From: Anaeramoeba ignava BMAN
Lineage: Eukaryota > Protista > Anaeramoebae
Assembly: GCA_028826165.1 (NCBI GenBank)
Contig: JAPDFW010000048.1
Location: forward strand, 1-49,736
Length of the DNA: 49,736 nt
Reading direction: 5' to 3'
The notes under the pieces were generated by a model. The model was not told the origin of the DNA. It saw only the letters and a list, made by a program, of their open reading frames with translations, and searched no databases. Below, one piece after another: positions 28,889 through 45,890 of the stretch. Each line of letters starts with the position of its first letter. The stretch's first letter is position 1. Made by a program: the position numbers and the translations under genes.

Positions 28889-31800
28889 TTAATCATTTTG
28901 GAAATCATTAGGATCAATCGGAGGTGGAAGAAATTCCATATTTTGAGAATCTCCATCAAAATTTTGATCTATTGGGATTTCTGGAAAATCTCCATCAATT
29001 GGTGGAGGAAGTAGTGTTGGATCTTGTAGAAATTCATCATCCTCATCTAAAGGAGGTGGTGTTGGTTTAAATTGAATATTAATATTTTCATCCTCATCTA
29101 AAGGAGGTGGTGTTGGTTTAAATTCATTAATATTATTATTATCTTCATCTAAAGGAGGTGGTGTTGGTTTTAATTGAATATTATTATTATCATCTTCATT
29201 TAAAGGAGGTGGTGTTGGTTTTAATTGATTATTATTATTATTATCTTCATCTAAAGGAGGTGGTGTTGGTTTTAATTGATTATTATTATTATTATCTTCA
29301 TCTAAAGGAGGTGGTGTTGGTTTTAATTGAATATTAATATTATTATCATCTTCATTTAAAGGAGGTGGTGTTGGTTTTAATTGATTATTATTATCCTCAT
29401 CTAAAGGAGGTGGTGTTGGTTTAAATTGATTAATATTATTATCTTCATTTAAAGGAGGTGGTGTTGGTTTTAAGTGATTATTATTATTATTATCTTCATC
29501 TAAAGGAGGTGGTGTTAGTTTAAATTGATTAATATTATTATCTTCATCTAAAGGAGGTGGTGTTGGTTTTAATTGATTAATATTATTATTATCTTCATTT
29601 AAAGGAGGTGGTGTTGGTTTAAATTGAATATTATTATTATCATCTTCATTTAAAGGAGGTGGTGTTGGTTTAAATTGATTAATATTTTCATCTTCATTTA
29701 AAGGAGGTGGTGTTGGTTTAAATTGAATATTATTATTATTATTATCTTCATTTAAAGGAGGTGGTGTTGGTTTAAATTCATTATTATTATTATTTTCTTC
29801 ATTTAAAGGAGGTGATGTTGGTTTAAATTGATTAATATTATCATCATCCTCATTTAAAGGAGGTGGTGTTGGTTTAAATTGATTAATATTATTATCTTCA
29901 TCTAAAGGAGGTGGTGTTGGTTTTAATTGATTAATATTATTATCATCTTCATTTAAAGGAGGTGGTGTTGGTTTAAATTCATTAATATTATCATCTTCAT
30001 TTAAAGGAGGTGGTGTTGGTTTAAATTGATTATTATTATCATCCTCATTTAAAGGAGGTGGTGTTGGTTTAAATTCATTAATATTATTATTATCTTCATT
30101 TAAAGGAGGTGGTGTTGGTTTAAATTCATTATTATTATTATTATCTTCATTTAAAGGAGGTGGTGTTGGTTTAAATTGATTAATATTTTCATCCTCATCT
30201 AAAGGAGGTGGTGTTGGTTTAAATTCATTAATATTATTATTATCTTCATTTAAAGGAGGTGGTGTTGGTTTAAATTTATTATTATTATCATCTTCATTTA
30301 AAGGAGGTGGTGTTGGTTTTAATTGAATATTATTATTATTATCTTCATTTAAAGGAGGTGGTGTTGGTTTAAATTGAATATTATTATTATTATCTTCATT
30401 TAAAGGAGATGGTGTTGGTTTTAATTGATTATTATTATTATTATTATCTTCATTTAAAGGAGGTGGTGTTGGTTTTAATTGAATATTAATATTATCATCC
30501 TCATCTAAAGGAGGTGGTGTTGGTTTAAATTGATTATTATTATCATCTTCATTTAAAGGAGGTGGTGTTGGTTTAAATTGAATATTAATATTATTATCTT
30601 CATCTAAAGGAGGTGGTGTTGGTTTAAATTCATTATTATTATTATCATCCTCATTTAAAGGAGGTGGTGTTGGTTTAAATTCATTAATATTATTATCATC
30701 TTCATTTAAAGGAGGTGGTGTTGGTTTAAATTGATTAATATTATCATTATTATCTTCATTTAAAGGAGGTGGTGTTGGTTTAAATTGAATATTATTATTA
30801 TTATCTTCATTTAAAGGAGATGGTGTTGGTTTAAATTCAATATTATTATTTTCATCTTCATTTAAAGGAGGTGGTGTTGGTTTAAATTCATTAATATTAT
30901 TATCATCTTCATTTAAAGGAGGTGGTGTTGGTTTAAATTCATTAATATTATTATCTTCATTTAAAGGAGGTGGTGTTGGTTTAAATTCATTAATATTATT
31001 ATCATCCTCATTTAAAGGAGGTGGTGTTGGTTTAAATTGATTAATATTATTATCTTCATTTAAAGGAGATGGTGTTGGTTTAAATTGAATATTAATATTT
31101 TCATCTTCATTTAAAGGAGGTGGTAATTCTTGTAGATTAAAATCACCATCCAAAGGAGGAGGAATCAAATTATTATCCAAATTATCTATAAAATCCAAAG
31201 GAGGTGGAGTTGGAGCATTAAAAGAAGGATTTTTAGAAATAATAGGAGGAGGGATATTTTGATGAACAACAGGAGGATTTTCAGGTTTTAAAACAGGGGG
31301 AGAAATAGGAACTTGACCAATTCTTTTTTTAGAAATTCTAGATAAAACATTTTGTGATTTAGCTTGATCAATAATTGAATCATCAACTTCATCAAACTCA
31401 GAAAAATCACTTTGAGTTGATTCTGTTTGTGTGTCTCCAGTGATTTCACCGAGAACATCAGCTTGGATCTGTTTGAAATTTGCAGAGCGTAAAACAGGAG
31501 CTGCAGGATTTTTATTTGTGAGTAACGAAGATGAACGTGGACGATTAAGTGGTTGAATATTCGCTCGTTTTTCAATTGATTCTTTTCGAGTGATTTTTCG
31601 AAATTTTGCATTTTGTTCTAATTCTTGAAGAAATTCTTCAGGATTTTTTTCTCCGTTAAATAATCCTTCTTGTATTTCTTTTCGTAGTTCAGCTGCTTCC
31701 ACTATGTATTTTGTTGTTCGGTGATATTTGTTCGATAATTGATCACGTACATGATTTGGTATGTTCGTATTCATTTGATTGATCATTTGTTGGCATAATT

Positions 31801-34760
31801 TCTTTTGCTTCTTGATGTAATCATCTGTTGCTTTCAGTGATGCTCGAATTTCTTCAAGTGATTCTTTTTTCAATTATTATTAAAATTATTATTAAAATTA
31901 TTATTAAATTTATTATTAAATTTATTATTAAAATTATTATTCAAATTATTATTAAAATTATTATTATATTTATTATTAAAATTATTATTAAAATTATTAT
32001 TAAAATTATTATTAAAATTATTATTAAAATTATTATTAAATTTATTATTAAAATTATTATTAAAATTATTATTAAAATTATTATTAAAATTTATTATTAA
32101 AATTATTATTAAAATTATTATTAAATTTATTATTAAAATTATTATTAAATTTATTATTAAATTGATTATTAAAATTAATTATTAAAATTATTATTAAAAT
32201 TATTATTAAAAATTATTATTAAAATTATTTATAAAATTATTATTAAATTTATTATTAAATTTATTATTAAATTTATTATTAAATTTATTATTAAAATTAT
32301 TATTAAAATTATTATTAAAATTATTATTAAAATTATTATTAAATTTATTATTAAAATTATTATTAAAATTATTATTATATTTATTATTAAATTGATTATT
32401 AAAATTATTATTATAATTATTATTAAAATTATTATTAAAATTATTATTAAAATTATTATTAAAATTATTATTATATTTATTATTAAAATTATTATTATAT
32501 TTATTATTAAAATTATTATATTCATTATTAAAATTATTATTAAAATTATTATTATATTTATTATTAAATTTTATTATTAGAATTTATTATTAAATTTTAT
32601 TATTAAATTTATTATTAAATTTATTATTAAAATTTATTATTAAATTTATTATTAAATTTATTATTAAATTTATTATTAAATTTATTATTAATTTTAATAA
32701 TAAATTTATTATTAAATTTATTATTAAAATTATTATTAAAATTATTATTATATTTATTATTAAAAATTATTATTAAAATTATTATTAAAATTATTATTAA
32801 AATTTATTATTAAAATTATTATTAAATTTATTATTAAAATTATTATTAAATTTATTATTAAATTTATTATTAAAATTATTATTAAATTTATTATTAAAAT
32901 TATTATTAAATTTATTATTAAAATTATTATTAAATTTATTATTAAATTAATAAAATTATTATTAAAATTATTATTATAATTATTATTAAAATTTATTATT
33001 AAATTTATTATTAAAATTATTATTAAATTTATTATTATTATTAAAATTATTATTAAAATTATTATTATATTTATTATAAAAATTTATTATTAAATTTATT
33101 ATTAAAATTTATTATTAAATTTATTATTAAAATTTATTATTAAATTTATTATTAAAATTATTATTAAAATTATTATTAAAATTATTATTAAAATTATTAT
33201 TATATTTATTATTAAATTTATTATTAAATTTATTATTAAATTTATTATTAAAATTATTATTAAAATTATTATTAAAATTATTATTATTAAAATTATTATT
33301 AAAATTATTATTAAATTTATTATTAAATTTATTATTAAAAATTATTAAAATTATTATTAAAATTATTATTAAAATTATTATTAAAATTATTATTAAAATT
33401 ATTATTAAAATTATTATTAAAATTATTATTAAAATTATTATTAAAATTATTATTAAATTTATTATTAAATTTATTATTAAATTTATTATTAAAATTATTA
33501 TTAAATTTATTATTAAAATTATTTTTAAATTTATTATTAAAATTATTATTAAATTTATTATTAAAATTATTATTAAAATTATTATTAAAATTATTATTAA
33601 AATTTATTATTAAAATTATTATTAAAATTATTATTAAAATTATTATTAAAATTATTATTAAATTTATTATTAAAATTATTATTAAAATTATTATTTAAAT
33701 TATTATTAATTTATTATTAAATTATTATTAAATTTATTATTAAAATTATTATTAAATTTATTATTAAAATTATTATTAAATTTATTATTAAAATTATTAT
33801 TAAAATTATTATTAAATTTATTATTAAAATTATTATTAAATTTATTATTAAAATTATTATTAAAATTATTATTAAATTTATTATTAAAATTTATTATTAA
33901 AATTTATTATTAAATTTATTATTAAAATTATTATTAAAATTATTATTAAAATTATTATATTTATTATTAAATTTATTATTAAAATTATTATTAAAATTAT
34001 TATTAAAATTACTATTAAAATTATTATTAAATTTATTATTAAAATTATTATTAAATTTATTATTAAATTTATTATTAAATTTATTATTAAAATTATTATT
34101 AAAATTATTATTAAAATTATTATTAAATTTATTATTAAATTGATTATTAAATTTATTATTAAATTTATTATTAAATTTATTATTAAAATTATTATAATTA
34201 TTAAAATTTATTATTAAATTTATTATTAAAATTATTATTAAAATTATTATTAAAATTATTATTTAATTTATTATTAAAATTATTATTAAAATTTATTATT
34301 AAAATTATTATTAAAATTATTATTAAAATTATTATTAAATTGATTATTAAATTTATTATTAAAATTATTATTAAATTTATTATTAAATTGATTGTTAAAT
34401 TTATTAAAATTATAAATTTTTTTTTACCCTCTCTTTCATTTCTAATTGGATTTTCTTCATTTATAACTCTAACATAATTTGCTGGAAAACTATTTCAAAA
34501 TTGATCAAAACAAAAACAAACATAAAATTAAAAATTAAAATTAAAATTAAAAATAAAAATTTGAATATTCAAAAAAAAAAATAATAATAAATTAAATTAA
34601 AATGAAAAATTTACATTCCTTCATTTCCTTGAAAAGAACCTTTCCACCATCCAGATTGATCAATAATAACATTCTCAATCATATCAAATTCACGAAAATT
34701 TAATGCTTCTTTTTGTGGATTCACATAATCAACAAGTGCAACTGCTGAAATTCTTGACAT
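28889..34760 (-). CDS. SH3-domain protein with helical region and ~41 (F/L)KPTPPPL(N/D)ED(N)n repeats (~1060 aa)
   Basis: Exons 34760-34615 (MSRISAVALVDY...GWWKGSFQGNEG), 34489-34428 (FPANYVRV) and 31863-28889, with consistent phases. SH3 signatures ALxDY, WWKG and G.FPANYV are present. Confidence 0.88.
29040..31100 (-). repeat. Coding minisatellite (~45-54 bp units) encoding proline-rich repeats
   Basis: The core taaaggaggtggtgttggttt recurs with variable (tta)n linkers, always in frame. Confidence 0.93.
31870..34410. repeat. (AAAATTATTATT)n 12-mer array, ~2.5 kb, in SH3 gene intron 2
   Basis: Direct inspection. Confidence 0.95.
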
Positions 34761-35045
34761 AATTAGAAACAATGAAAAAAGAAAAAAATGAAAAAAATGA
34801 AAAAAAAAATTAAAAGAGAAGTTTTTGTGAATGTTTTTTTTCTGGCAAAAACAATTTAAAATTAATCAAAAATTTAAATAAAAAATTGATTAATTTTTTC
34901 CTTTTTTTTCTTTTTATTTTTTTTTTAGTTACATTTAAAATAGAAAAAGAATCAAAGTTAAAAAATTGTTCAAAAAAAATTAATAATAAAAATAAAAATC
35001 AATTTCGATTTTTATTTTCTTGATAAATATATTTTCTTTTATCTT

Positions 35046-38237
<3,192 letters not shown>

Positions 38238-38509
38238 TATTTTTTAAAAAAGTCCAAAAAAAAGCAAAAAAAAAAATAAAAAAGAAAAAAAAAAATAAAA
38301 AAGAAAAAAAAAATTTTTGTTTTTAATTTAATTTTCTTATTGAAAAAATAAAAATAAAAAAATTCGTTATTTCTTTTTTGTTTTTGTTTTTAAAGTTATT
38401 TTTAAAAGTTTTTGTTTTAATTTTTTATTCTATTTCAAATTTAATCTTTATTCCTTTACTTTTTTTAAGTGATCAATTTAAAAAATAAAAGGAAAAAAAA
38501 ACAAAAAAG

Positions 38510-39640
38510 AAAAAATTTTTTTTATTTAATTTTTTAATTAAATTAAATAAGTTTTAATAAATAAATTAATATAAAATTAATATTTAAAAATAATTTTATT
38601 ATTAAAATAATAGTTTAATGTTTTAGATTTAAATATTTTGTTAATTGAATATTTTATTAATTTTTTATTTAATTTTTTAATTAAATTAAATAAGTTTTAA
38701 TAAATAAATTAATTTAAAATTAATATTTAAAAATAATTTTATTATTAAAATAATAGTTTAATGTTTTAGATTTAAATATTTTATTATTTAAATATTTTAT
38801 TAATTTTTATTTAATTTTTAATTAAATTAAATAAGTTTTAATAAATAAATTAATATAAAATTAATATTTAAAAATAATTTTATTATTATTTATTATTAAT
38901 TTATTATTAATTTATTTATATTTTGTAAATCAAATATTTTATTAATTTTTATTTGATTTTTAATTAAATTAAATAAGTTTTTAATAAATAAATTAATATA
39001 AAATTAATATTTAGAAATAATTTTTATTATTATTTATTATTAATTTATTATTTATTTATTTATATTTTGTAAATAAAATATTTTATTAATTTTTATTTAA
39101 TTTTTAATTAAATTAAATAAGTTTTAATAAATAAATTAATATAAAATTAATATTTAAAAATAATTTTATTATTAAAATAATAGTTTAATGTTTTTAGATT
39201 TAAATATTTTATAAATCAAATATTTTATTAATTTTTATTTAATTTTTAATTAAATTAAATAAGTTTTAATAAATAAATTAATATAAAATTAATATTTAGA
39301 AATAATTTTATTATTATTTATTATTAATTTATTATTTATTTATTTATATTTTGTAAATAAAATATTTTATTAATTTTTATTTAATTTTTTAATTAAATTA
39401 AATAAGTTTTAATAAATAAATTAATATAAAATTAATATTTAGAAATAATTTTATTATTATTTATTATTAATTTATTATTTAGTTATTTATATTTTATAAA
39501 TAAAATATTTTATTAATTTTTTATTTAATTTTTTAATTGAATTAAATAAGTTTTAATAAATAAATTAATATAAAATTAATATTTAGAAATAATTTTATTA
39601 TTATTTATTATTAATTTATTATTTATTTATTTATATTTTC
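38510..39640. repeat. ~143-bp AT-rich tandem satellite (~8 units)
   Basis: The anchor aattaaataagtttt recurs at ~142-144 bp spacing (approx. 38549, 38691, 38832, 38974, 39118, 39260, 39403, 39547). Confidence 0.85.
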
Positions 39641-39647
39641 TTTATTC

Positions 39648-39900
<253 letters not shown>

Positions 39901-40062
39901 AATAAATTCAAATTAAATTATTATTAAAATATTTGATCAATTTTATTAAATTGTTGGGAATAATTTTATATTATTTTGGATAAAGAAAAACTGATAAAAT
40001 ATATAAAATAAAATTTATTTTAAATTTATTCTTCTTGTTAATTCTTTCTTTCTTTCTTTTAA

Positions 40063-42618
40063 TTAATTGAAAATATTTTCATAGTAATCAATTAATAATT
40101 CTCCAATTAATGATTTTGGATTTAATTGATAATAATCTTTTGAATCAGAAAGTTCTTCAAAAATATTTCTATTTAATTTTTCTTCTTCAAATTCATCATG
40201 ATAAAGAAAATAAATTAATTGATTTATTGTTTCAAATGATTTTTCTGAATAATCATGAACTTGATTAGATAAATCTTGAACATTTAATTGAAACATTGCT
40301 TTAAATAATTCACTTCTTAATATTAATATTAATTTATGAACTTTAATTTCTTTTTCTTCAACAATTATTGTAAAATCTTTAGTTTCATTTTGTTGATAAA
40401 ATTTTGATAAATCTTTTATTATTCCTTTTCTTCCTTTTTTAGTTTTAATCCAATTTGATTCAATTCCAATTTGTTTAAAAATATCTTTCATTAATTTATT
40501 TTCTTTTTCTTCGATTTCATTTTCTTTTTCAATTTCTGTTTTTCTTAAATTTTCAATTTCCTTTCTTTTTTCATCTTGAATTGATTCTTGAATTTCTTTC
40601 ATTTGATTTTTATAATTGATGAAATTTTGAAATTTTTGAATAAAATAATCAAAATTAGAAAATCCAGTATAAAGAAAATTTAAAGCTAATTGAACATCTC
40701 TTTTTGGTTTTCTATTGCAAATATTGATAAATTTTTGTAAAATTAATTTATCATTTTCAAATCTTGTTAATAAAATTGTTTTATGAACTTTAAATTTGAA
40801 ATAATCATTTGTTTTAATTTCTAAATCTGTAAATTTTTCATTTTCATTTTCATTTTGACTTGATTTTAAAAAATTATTTAAATCTTCATTAATTGAATAA
40901 ATTTTTGGAAATAAATTAATCATTTCTTCATTGATTTGATAATATTTCAAATCAAAAATATTTGCGTCATTCATCATTAATAATTTGATAAATTGAATAT
41001 TCTCATTTTCACAAGCAACATGTAAAGCTGTTTTATTCCAATTTGTTTTTGAATTAGTATCAATTCCTGATGAAATTAAATATTTAATAACTTCAATGGA
41101 AATATTTTTATTTAAACAAGCATAATGTAAAGCTGTTTCATTTTGATTTGTTTTTGAATTAATATCAATTCCTGATGAAATCAAATATTTGATAACTTCA
41201 ATGGAAATATTCTCATTTTCACAAGCATAATGTAAAGCTGCTTTATTTTGATTTGTTTTTGAATTAATATCAATTCCTGATGAAATTAAATATTTGATAA
41301 CTTCAATGGTAATATTTTTATTTAAACAAGCATAATGTAAAGCTGTTTTATTTTGATTTGTTTTTGAATTAATATCAATTCCTGATGAAATCAAATATTT
41401 AATAACTTCAATGGTAATATTTTTATTTAAACAAGCATAATGTAAAGCTGTTTCATTTTGATTTGTTTTTGAATTAATATCAATTCCTGATGAAATTAAA
41501 TATTTAATAATTTCAATGGAAATATTTTCATTTTTATAAGCAATATGTATAGCTGTTTCGTTTTCATCTGTTTTTGAATTAATATCAATTCCTGATGAAA
41601 TTAAATATTTAATAACTTCAATGGAAATATTTTTATTTAAACAAGCATAATGTAAAGCTGTTTTATTTTGATTTGTTTTTGAATTAATATCAATTCCTGA
41701 TAAAATCAATAATTTGATAACTTCAATGGAAATATTTTTATTTAAACAAGCATAATGTAAAGCTGTTTTATTTGCATATTTTGTTTTTGAATTAATATCA
41801 ATTCCTGATGAAATCAAATATTTAATAACTTCAATGGAAATATTTTTATTTAAACAAGCATAATGTAAAGCTGTTTCATTTTGATTTGTTTTTGAATTAA
41901 TATCAATTCCTGATGAAATTAAATATTTGATAACTTCAATGGAAATATTTTCATTTTCAGAAGCATAATGTAAAGCTGTTTTATTTTGATTTGTTTTTGA
42001 ATTAATATCAATTCTTGATGAAATCAAATATTTGATAACTTCAATGGAAATATTTTCATTTAAACAAGCATAATGTAAAGCTGTTTTATTTTGTTTTGTT
42101 TTTGAATTAATATCAATTCCTGATGAAATCAAATATTTAATAACTTCAATGGAAATATTTTTATTTAAACAAGCATAATGTAAAGCTGTTTCATTTGCAT
42201 ATTTTGTTTTTGAATTAATATCAATTCCTGATGAAATCAAATATTTAATAACTTCAATGGAAATATTTTCATTTAAACAAGCATAATGTAAAGCTGTTTT
42301 ATTTTGATTTGTTTTTGAATTAATATCAATTCCTGATGAAATCAAATATTTAATAATTTCAATTTCTGAATTGTTTTTAGAAGCAATATGTAATAAATTT
42401 CTTTTTTTATTATCAATTGAATTTGGATCAGCACCTTTTGAAATTAAAAGTTCAATTATTTCTTGTGAAACTTGTTTTTCTATTGCAAAATGTAAAATTG
42501 GTTTTTGTTCTTTTATTAACTGATTTTCTGGAATTGTTTCAATTTCTTTTAATTTTTGGAAATTGTTTTCTTCAATCATTTGCCAAATATCTTGATTTTC
42601 TTGATTATCTTTATTCAT
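40063..42618 (-). CDS. Ankyrin-repeat (~15 repeats) + tandem BTB protein, intronless, 851 aa
   Basis: Repeated TALHYACLNKNISIEVIKYLISSGIDINSKT. BTB motifs FTDLEI...VHKTILLTR and KDFTI...VHKLILILRSELFKAMF. Confidence 0.92.
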   Translation of the reverse strand: MNKDNQENQDIWQMIEENNFQKLKEIETIPENQLIKEQKPILHFAIEKQVSQEIIELLISKGADPNSIDNKKRNLLHIASKNNSEIEIIKYLISSGIDINSKTNQNKTALHYACLNENISIEVIKYLISSGIDINSKTKYANETALHYACLNKNISIEVIKYLISSGIDINSKTKQNKTALHYACLNENISIEVIKYLISSRIDINSKTNQNKTALHYASENENISIEVIKYLISSGIDINSKTNQNETALHYACLNKNISIEVIKYLISSGIDINSKTKYANKTALHYACLNKNISIEVIKLLILSGIDINSKTNQNKTALHYACLNKNISIEVIKYLISSGIDINSKTDENETAIHIAYKNENISIEIIKYLISSGIDINSKTNQNETALHYACLNKNITIEVIKYLISSGIDINSKTNQNKTALHYACLNKNITIEVIKYLISSGIDINSKTNQNKAALHYACENENISIEVIKYLISSGIDINSKTNQNETALHYACLNKNISIEVIKYLISSGIDTNSKTNWNKTALHVACENENIQFIKLLMMNDANIFDLKYYQINEEMINLFPKIYSINEDLNNFLKSSQNENENEKFTDLEIKTNDYFKFKVHKTILLTRFENDKLILQKFINICNRKPKRDVQLALNFLYTGFSNFDYFIQKFQNFINYKNQMKEIQESIQDEKRKEIENLRKTEIEKENEIEEKENKLMKDIFKQIGIESNWIKTKKGRKGIIKDLSKFYQQNETKDFTIIVEEKEIKVHKLILILRSELFKAMFQLNVQDLSNQVHDYSEKSFETINQLIYFLYHDEFEEEKLNRNIFEELSDSKDYYQLNPKSLIGELLIDYYENIFN

Positions 42619-43562
42619 TTTTGTTCTTCTTTTGTTTTGTGTTTGTGTTTATTTTTGTGTTTCAAAAAAAAAGTAAAAAAATGAAAAATGAAAAAATGAA
42701 ATTTTTCAATTAATTTCCAAAATAAATTTTAGAAAGTAATTTAAGATTTAATATTAATTTAATTTGGATTAGATATTGTGTAAATTTAAATTAGATTTTT
42801 CCTTATTAAATGACTACTTTTCATTCTTTATTTTTTATTTTTCTCTGCCTAATATTTAAACAAGAAAATATTTCAATCAAAAACAAGAAAAATATTATTG
42901 TTGACATAAAATTGAATATTAAATTATATTTTAAAATTGATTTCTCGATTAAATATTAAAATAAATTGAATCCCATTTTTGAAAGGTTTCATTAAATTTC
43001 TGAATAGATTGACAATTGATTTTTCCAAATATTTTTTTATCCATTCGGTTTTATTGAATCAGAAAAATTACAAATAAGATTTGTAAAATAAGGAAAATCT
43101 GAAATTTTTCCGTTTAATATTTATCTAGATTTTGACATTTTTTGAGGAAAAAAAATTTATTTGATTTCTTCTCGATTCATTTTTTTTTGAATGGTTTTAA
43201 TTGCTTTGATTGACCTAATTTAGATAATTCCACTTTATTTGGGAATTCTCCAAGATATTTAGTTTTTTTTTATTTAGAGAAAAAGATTGAAATTTTAAAA
43301 ATTTTGAAAAAGAAATTTTCCATTTTTTTCTTCTTTTTTTTTTAAGGTAACTCTTTTTTTTATTAAAAAAAAATTAACCAGGAATTTAATAATGAACTAT
43401 CATAAAAAAAGAAAAGGAGCATTAAATAGAAACAAAATAATTATTAGTTATTGGTTATTAATTCATTTAATATTTGTGGACTGATGTTTTTTTTATTAAT
43501 TAAAAAAAAAATAGATTTTTTCTAATTTTCCTTTTTTTCCTTTTTTTGGAAAGAAGCATAAA

Positions 43563-45890
43563 ATGGAACAATTTCTTTCAAATGAAAACCAAAATCAATC
43601 AGAAGATAATTTGGATGATCAAGACGAATATGAAGAATCAGATGATAATAGTTGGGATGATCAAGAAGAAAATGAATCAGATGATAATAGTTGGGATGAT
43701 CAAGAACAATATGAATCAGATGATAATAGTTGGGATGATCAAGAACAATATGAAGAACAAAATATTCGGAGAAATGATAATCAACAAAAAAAACAATATA
43801 ATTCGAGAAATGATAATCAAAAAAGACAACAAGATAATTGGAGAAAGGATAATCAACAACAAAGAGAATATAATTCGAGAAATGATAATCAACAAAAAAG
43901 ACAATATAATTCGAGAAATGATAATCAACAAAAAAGACAACAAGATAATTGGAGAAAGGATAATCAACAACAAAGAGAATATAATTCGAGAAATGATAGT
44001 CAACAAAGAAAACAATATAATTCGAGAAATGATAATCAACAAAAAAGACAACAAGATAATTGGAGAAAGGATAATCAACAACAAAGAGAATATAATTCGA
44101 GAAATGATAGTCAACAAAGAGAATATAATTCGAGAAATGATAATCAACAAAAAAGACAATATAATTCGAGAAATGATAATCAACAAAGAGAATATAATTC
44201 GAGAAATGATAATCAACAAAGAAAACAAGATCTAAGACCATCTCTGCCTGATTCAACAATAGAAACCACTTACCAAGATCAAAAAATCAAGATTTCGGGA
44301 TCAAGTTATCAAATTCATAAAATTTCCAGTTTTGATAAGAAATTACCTTTTACTTCCACGATTAATGAGATTTTAGTTTCAAAAAAATGGGATTCTCCAT
44401 CAGCAATTCAAGGATTTTCATGGAAATCAATCCTTTACCCAGTTGATTTTATTTGTGTTTCTGAAAATGGGAACGGTAAATTGAAAAAGTAGATTTCAAT
44501 TTAAATTTCATTTTTAATTTTGATTTTGATTTTAAATCAAAAAATAGGAAAAAATCTTGCTTTTGTACTTCCTGCAATTATGCATATTCTTAACTATCAA
44601 CAACAACAATTCCAAAATGAAGAACCATTTCGAAAGGAAGGAGATGGACCTATTGTTATTGTTGTCTCACCAACAAAAGAATTAGCAAGACAAACATTTC
44701 AAGTATTTGAAGAATTCACAACAAAAACTACGATAAGATGCATCAATGTTGATGAAGGAAAATATGAAACAGAACAAGAATTGGATTTGAAAGAAGGAGT
44801 AGATGTTGTTATTGCGACGCCAAGAAGATTAGTTGATTTCCTAAAAAGAGGAGTTATAAATTCGAAAAGATGTTCTTTTATTGTTCTTGATGAAACAGAT
44901 CTTTTTTTCGAAATGGGATTTCAAGACGAAATTAATCAAATTTTCGGAACACTTCCGGAAAAAAGACAAAATATTATGTTCAGTTCAACCTGGTTCTTAG
45001 AAACCCAAAAAATCGTTGATATTTTTTTCAATCAACCAATTAAATGCATAATTGGAAGATCTGATCTTACACCTAATTTTGATGGTAAACAAATTATCGA
45101 TATTTGTGGTGAAAAGCAAAAATTTCGCAGGTTTTATGCATTAATTCAAAAATTATATCAAACCCAAAAATTTTTGGTTTTTACAAACACAAAACAAAAT
45201 GCGGATGCATTAACAAAATCATTAAACAAAAATAGAATTTCATCTGTTTTTATTTATTCTGATCAAAAACAAGATGAAAAAAAATCGATTCTTGATAAAT
45301 TTTCGTCCGGTGGTTTTTCATTAATGATAGCAACTGATGGTGGACTGAGAGGATTGTAAATTTTCTTCAATTTGTCAATTTAATTTCATTTAATTTAATT
45401 TTAAATTTTGGAAATATTTAGAGATATTCCAAATTTTCTCATACTTATTAATTATGATTTTCCTCACAATATTGAAGATTATATTCATCGTATAGGAAGA
45501 GTAGCTCAATCTGGAAAAAAAGGAATTGCTTATTCTTTTTTTTGTGAAGAAAATTATCCACTAGCAAAAGCTTTATTAGAAATCATGAAAGAAACAAAAC
45601 AAAACATTCCCGATGAATTAACTCGGTTATCAGAACGTGATTATGGTAATCGATTTGGGAATAGTGACAAATTTTTATATAGCTCAGGATATGAAAGAGG
45701 AAGAAGAAATTTTAATAAAGATGATAATGATAATGATTCAGGATTTAGAAGAAGAAGAAATTTTAATAGAGATGATAATGATAATGATTCAGGATTTAGA
45801 GGAAGAAGAAATTTTAATAGAGATGATAATGATAATGATTCAGGATTTAGAAGAAGAAGAAATTTTAATAAAGATGATGATGGTTGGTAA
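43563..45890 (+). CDS. DEAD-box RNA helicase, DDX5/DBP2-like but with degenerate motifs (~729 aa); repetitive N- and C-terminal tails
   Basis: Exons 43563-44475, 44548-45355 and 45422-45890. Motifs: PSAIQ, SENGNGKN, GDGPIV..PTKELARQ, ATPRRL, LDETD, FSSTW, LVFTNTK, ATDGGLRGLDIP, INYDFP..IEDYIHRIGRVAQSG. Confidence 0.9.

Noticed and set aside
29040-31100. CRISPR-like repeat-spacer appearance (constant ~21-bp core with variable spacers)
   Set aside because: Spacers are related (tta)n tracts, lengths vary in multiples of 3, the array lies in an open eukaryotic exon, and there are no cas genes.
43340-43560. Possible 5' UTR intron with snoRNA upstream of the helicase
   Set aside because: GT/AG and a CTGA are present, but there is no convincing box C or terminal stem, so it cannot be supported.
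43522-44259. Antisense and alternate-frame ORFs over the helicase N-terminus (also 45637-45919, 14608-14862, 16782-17033, 38035-38326)
   Set aside because: They are shadows of repetitive or AT-biased coding sequence of the real genes.
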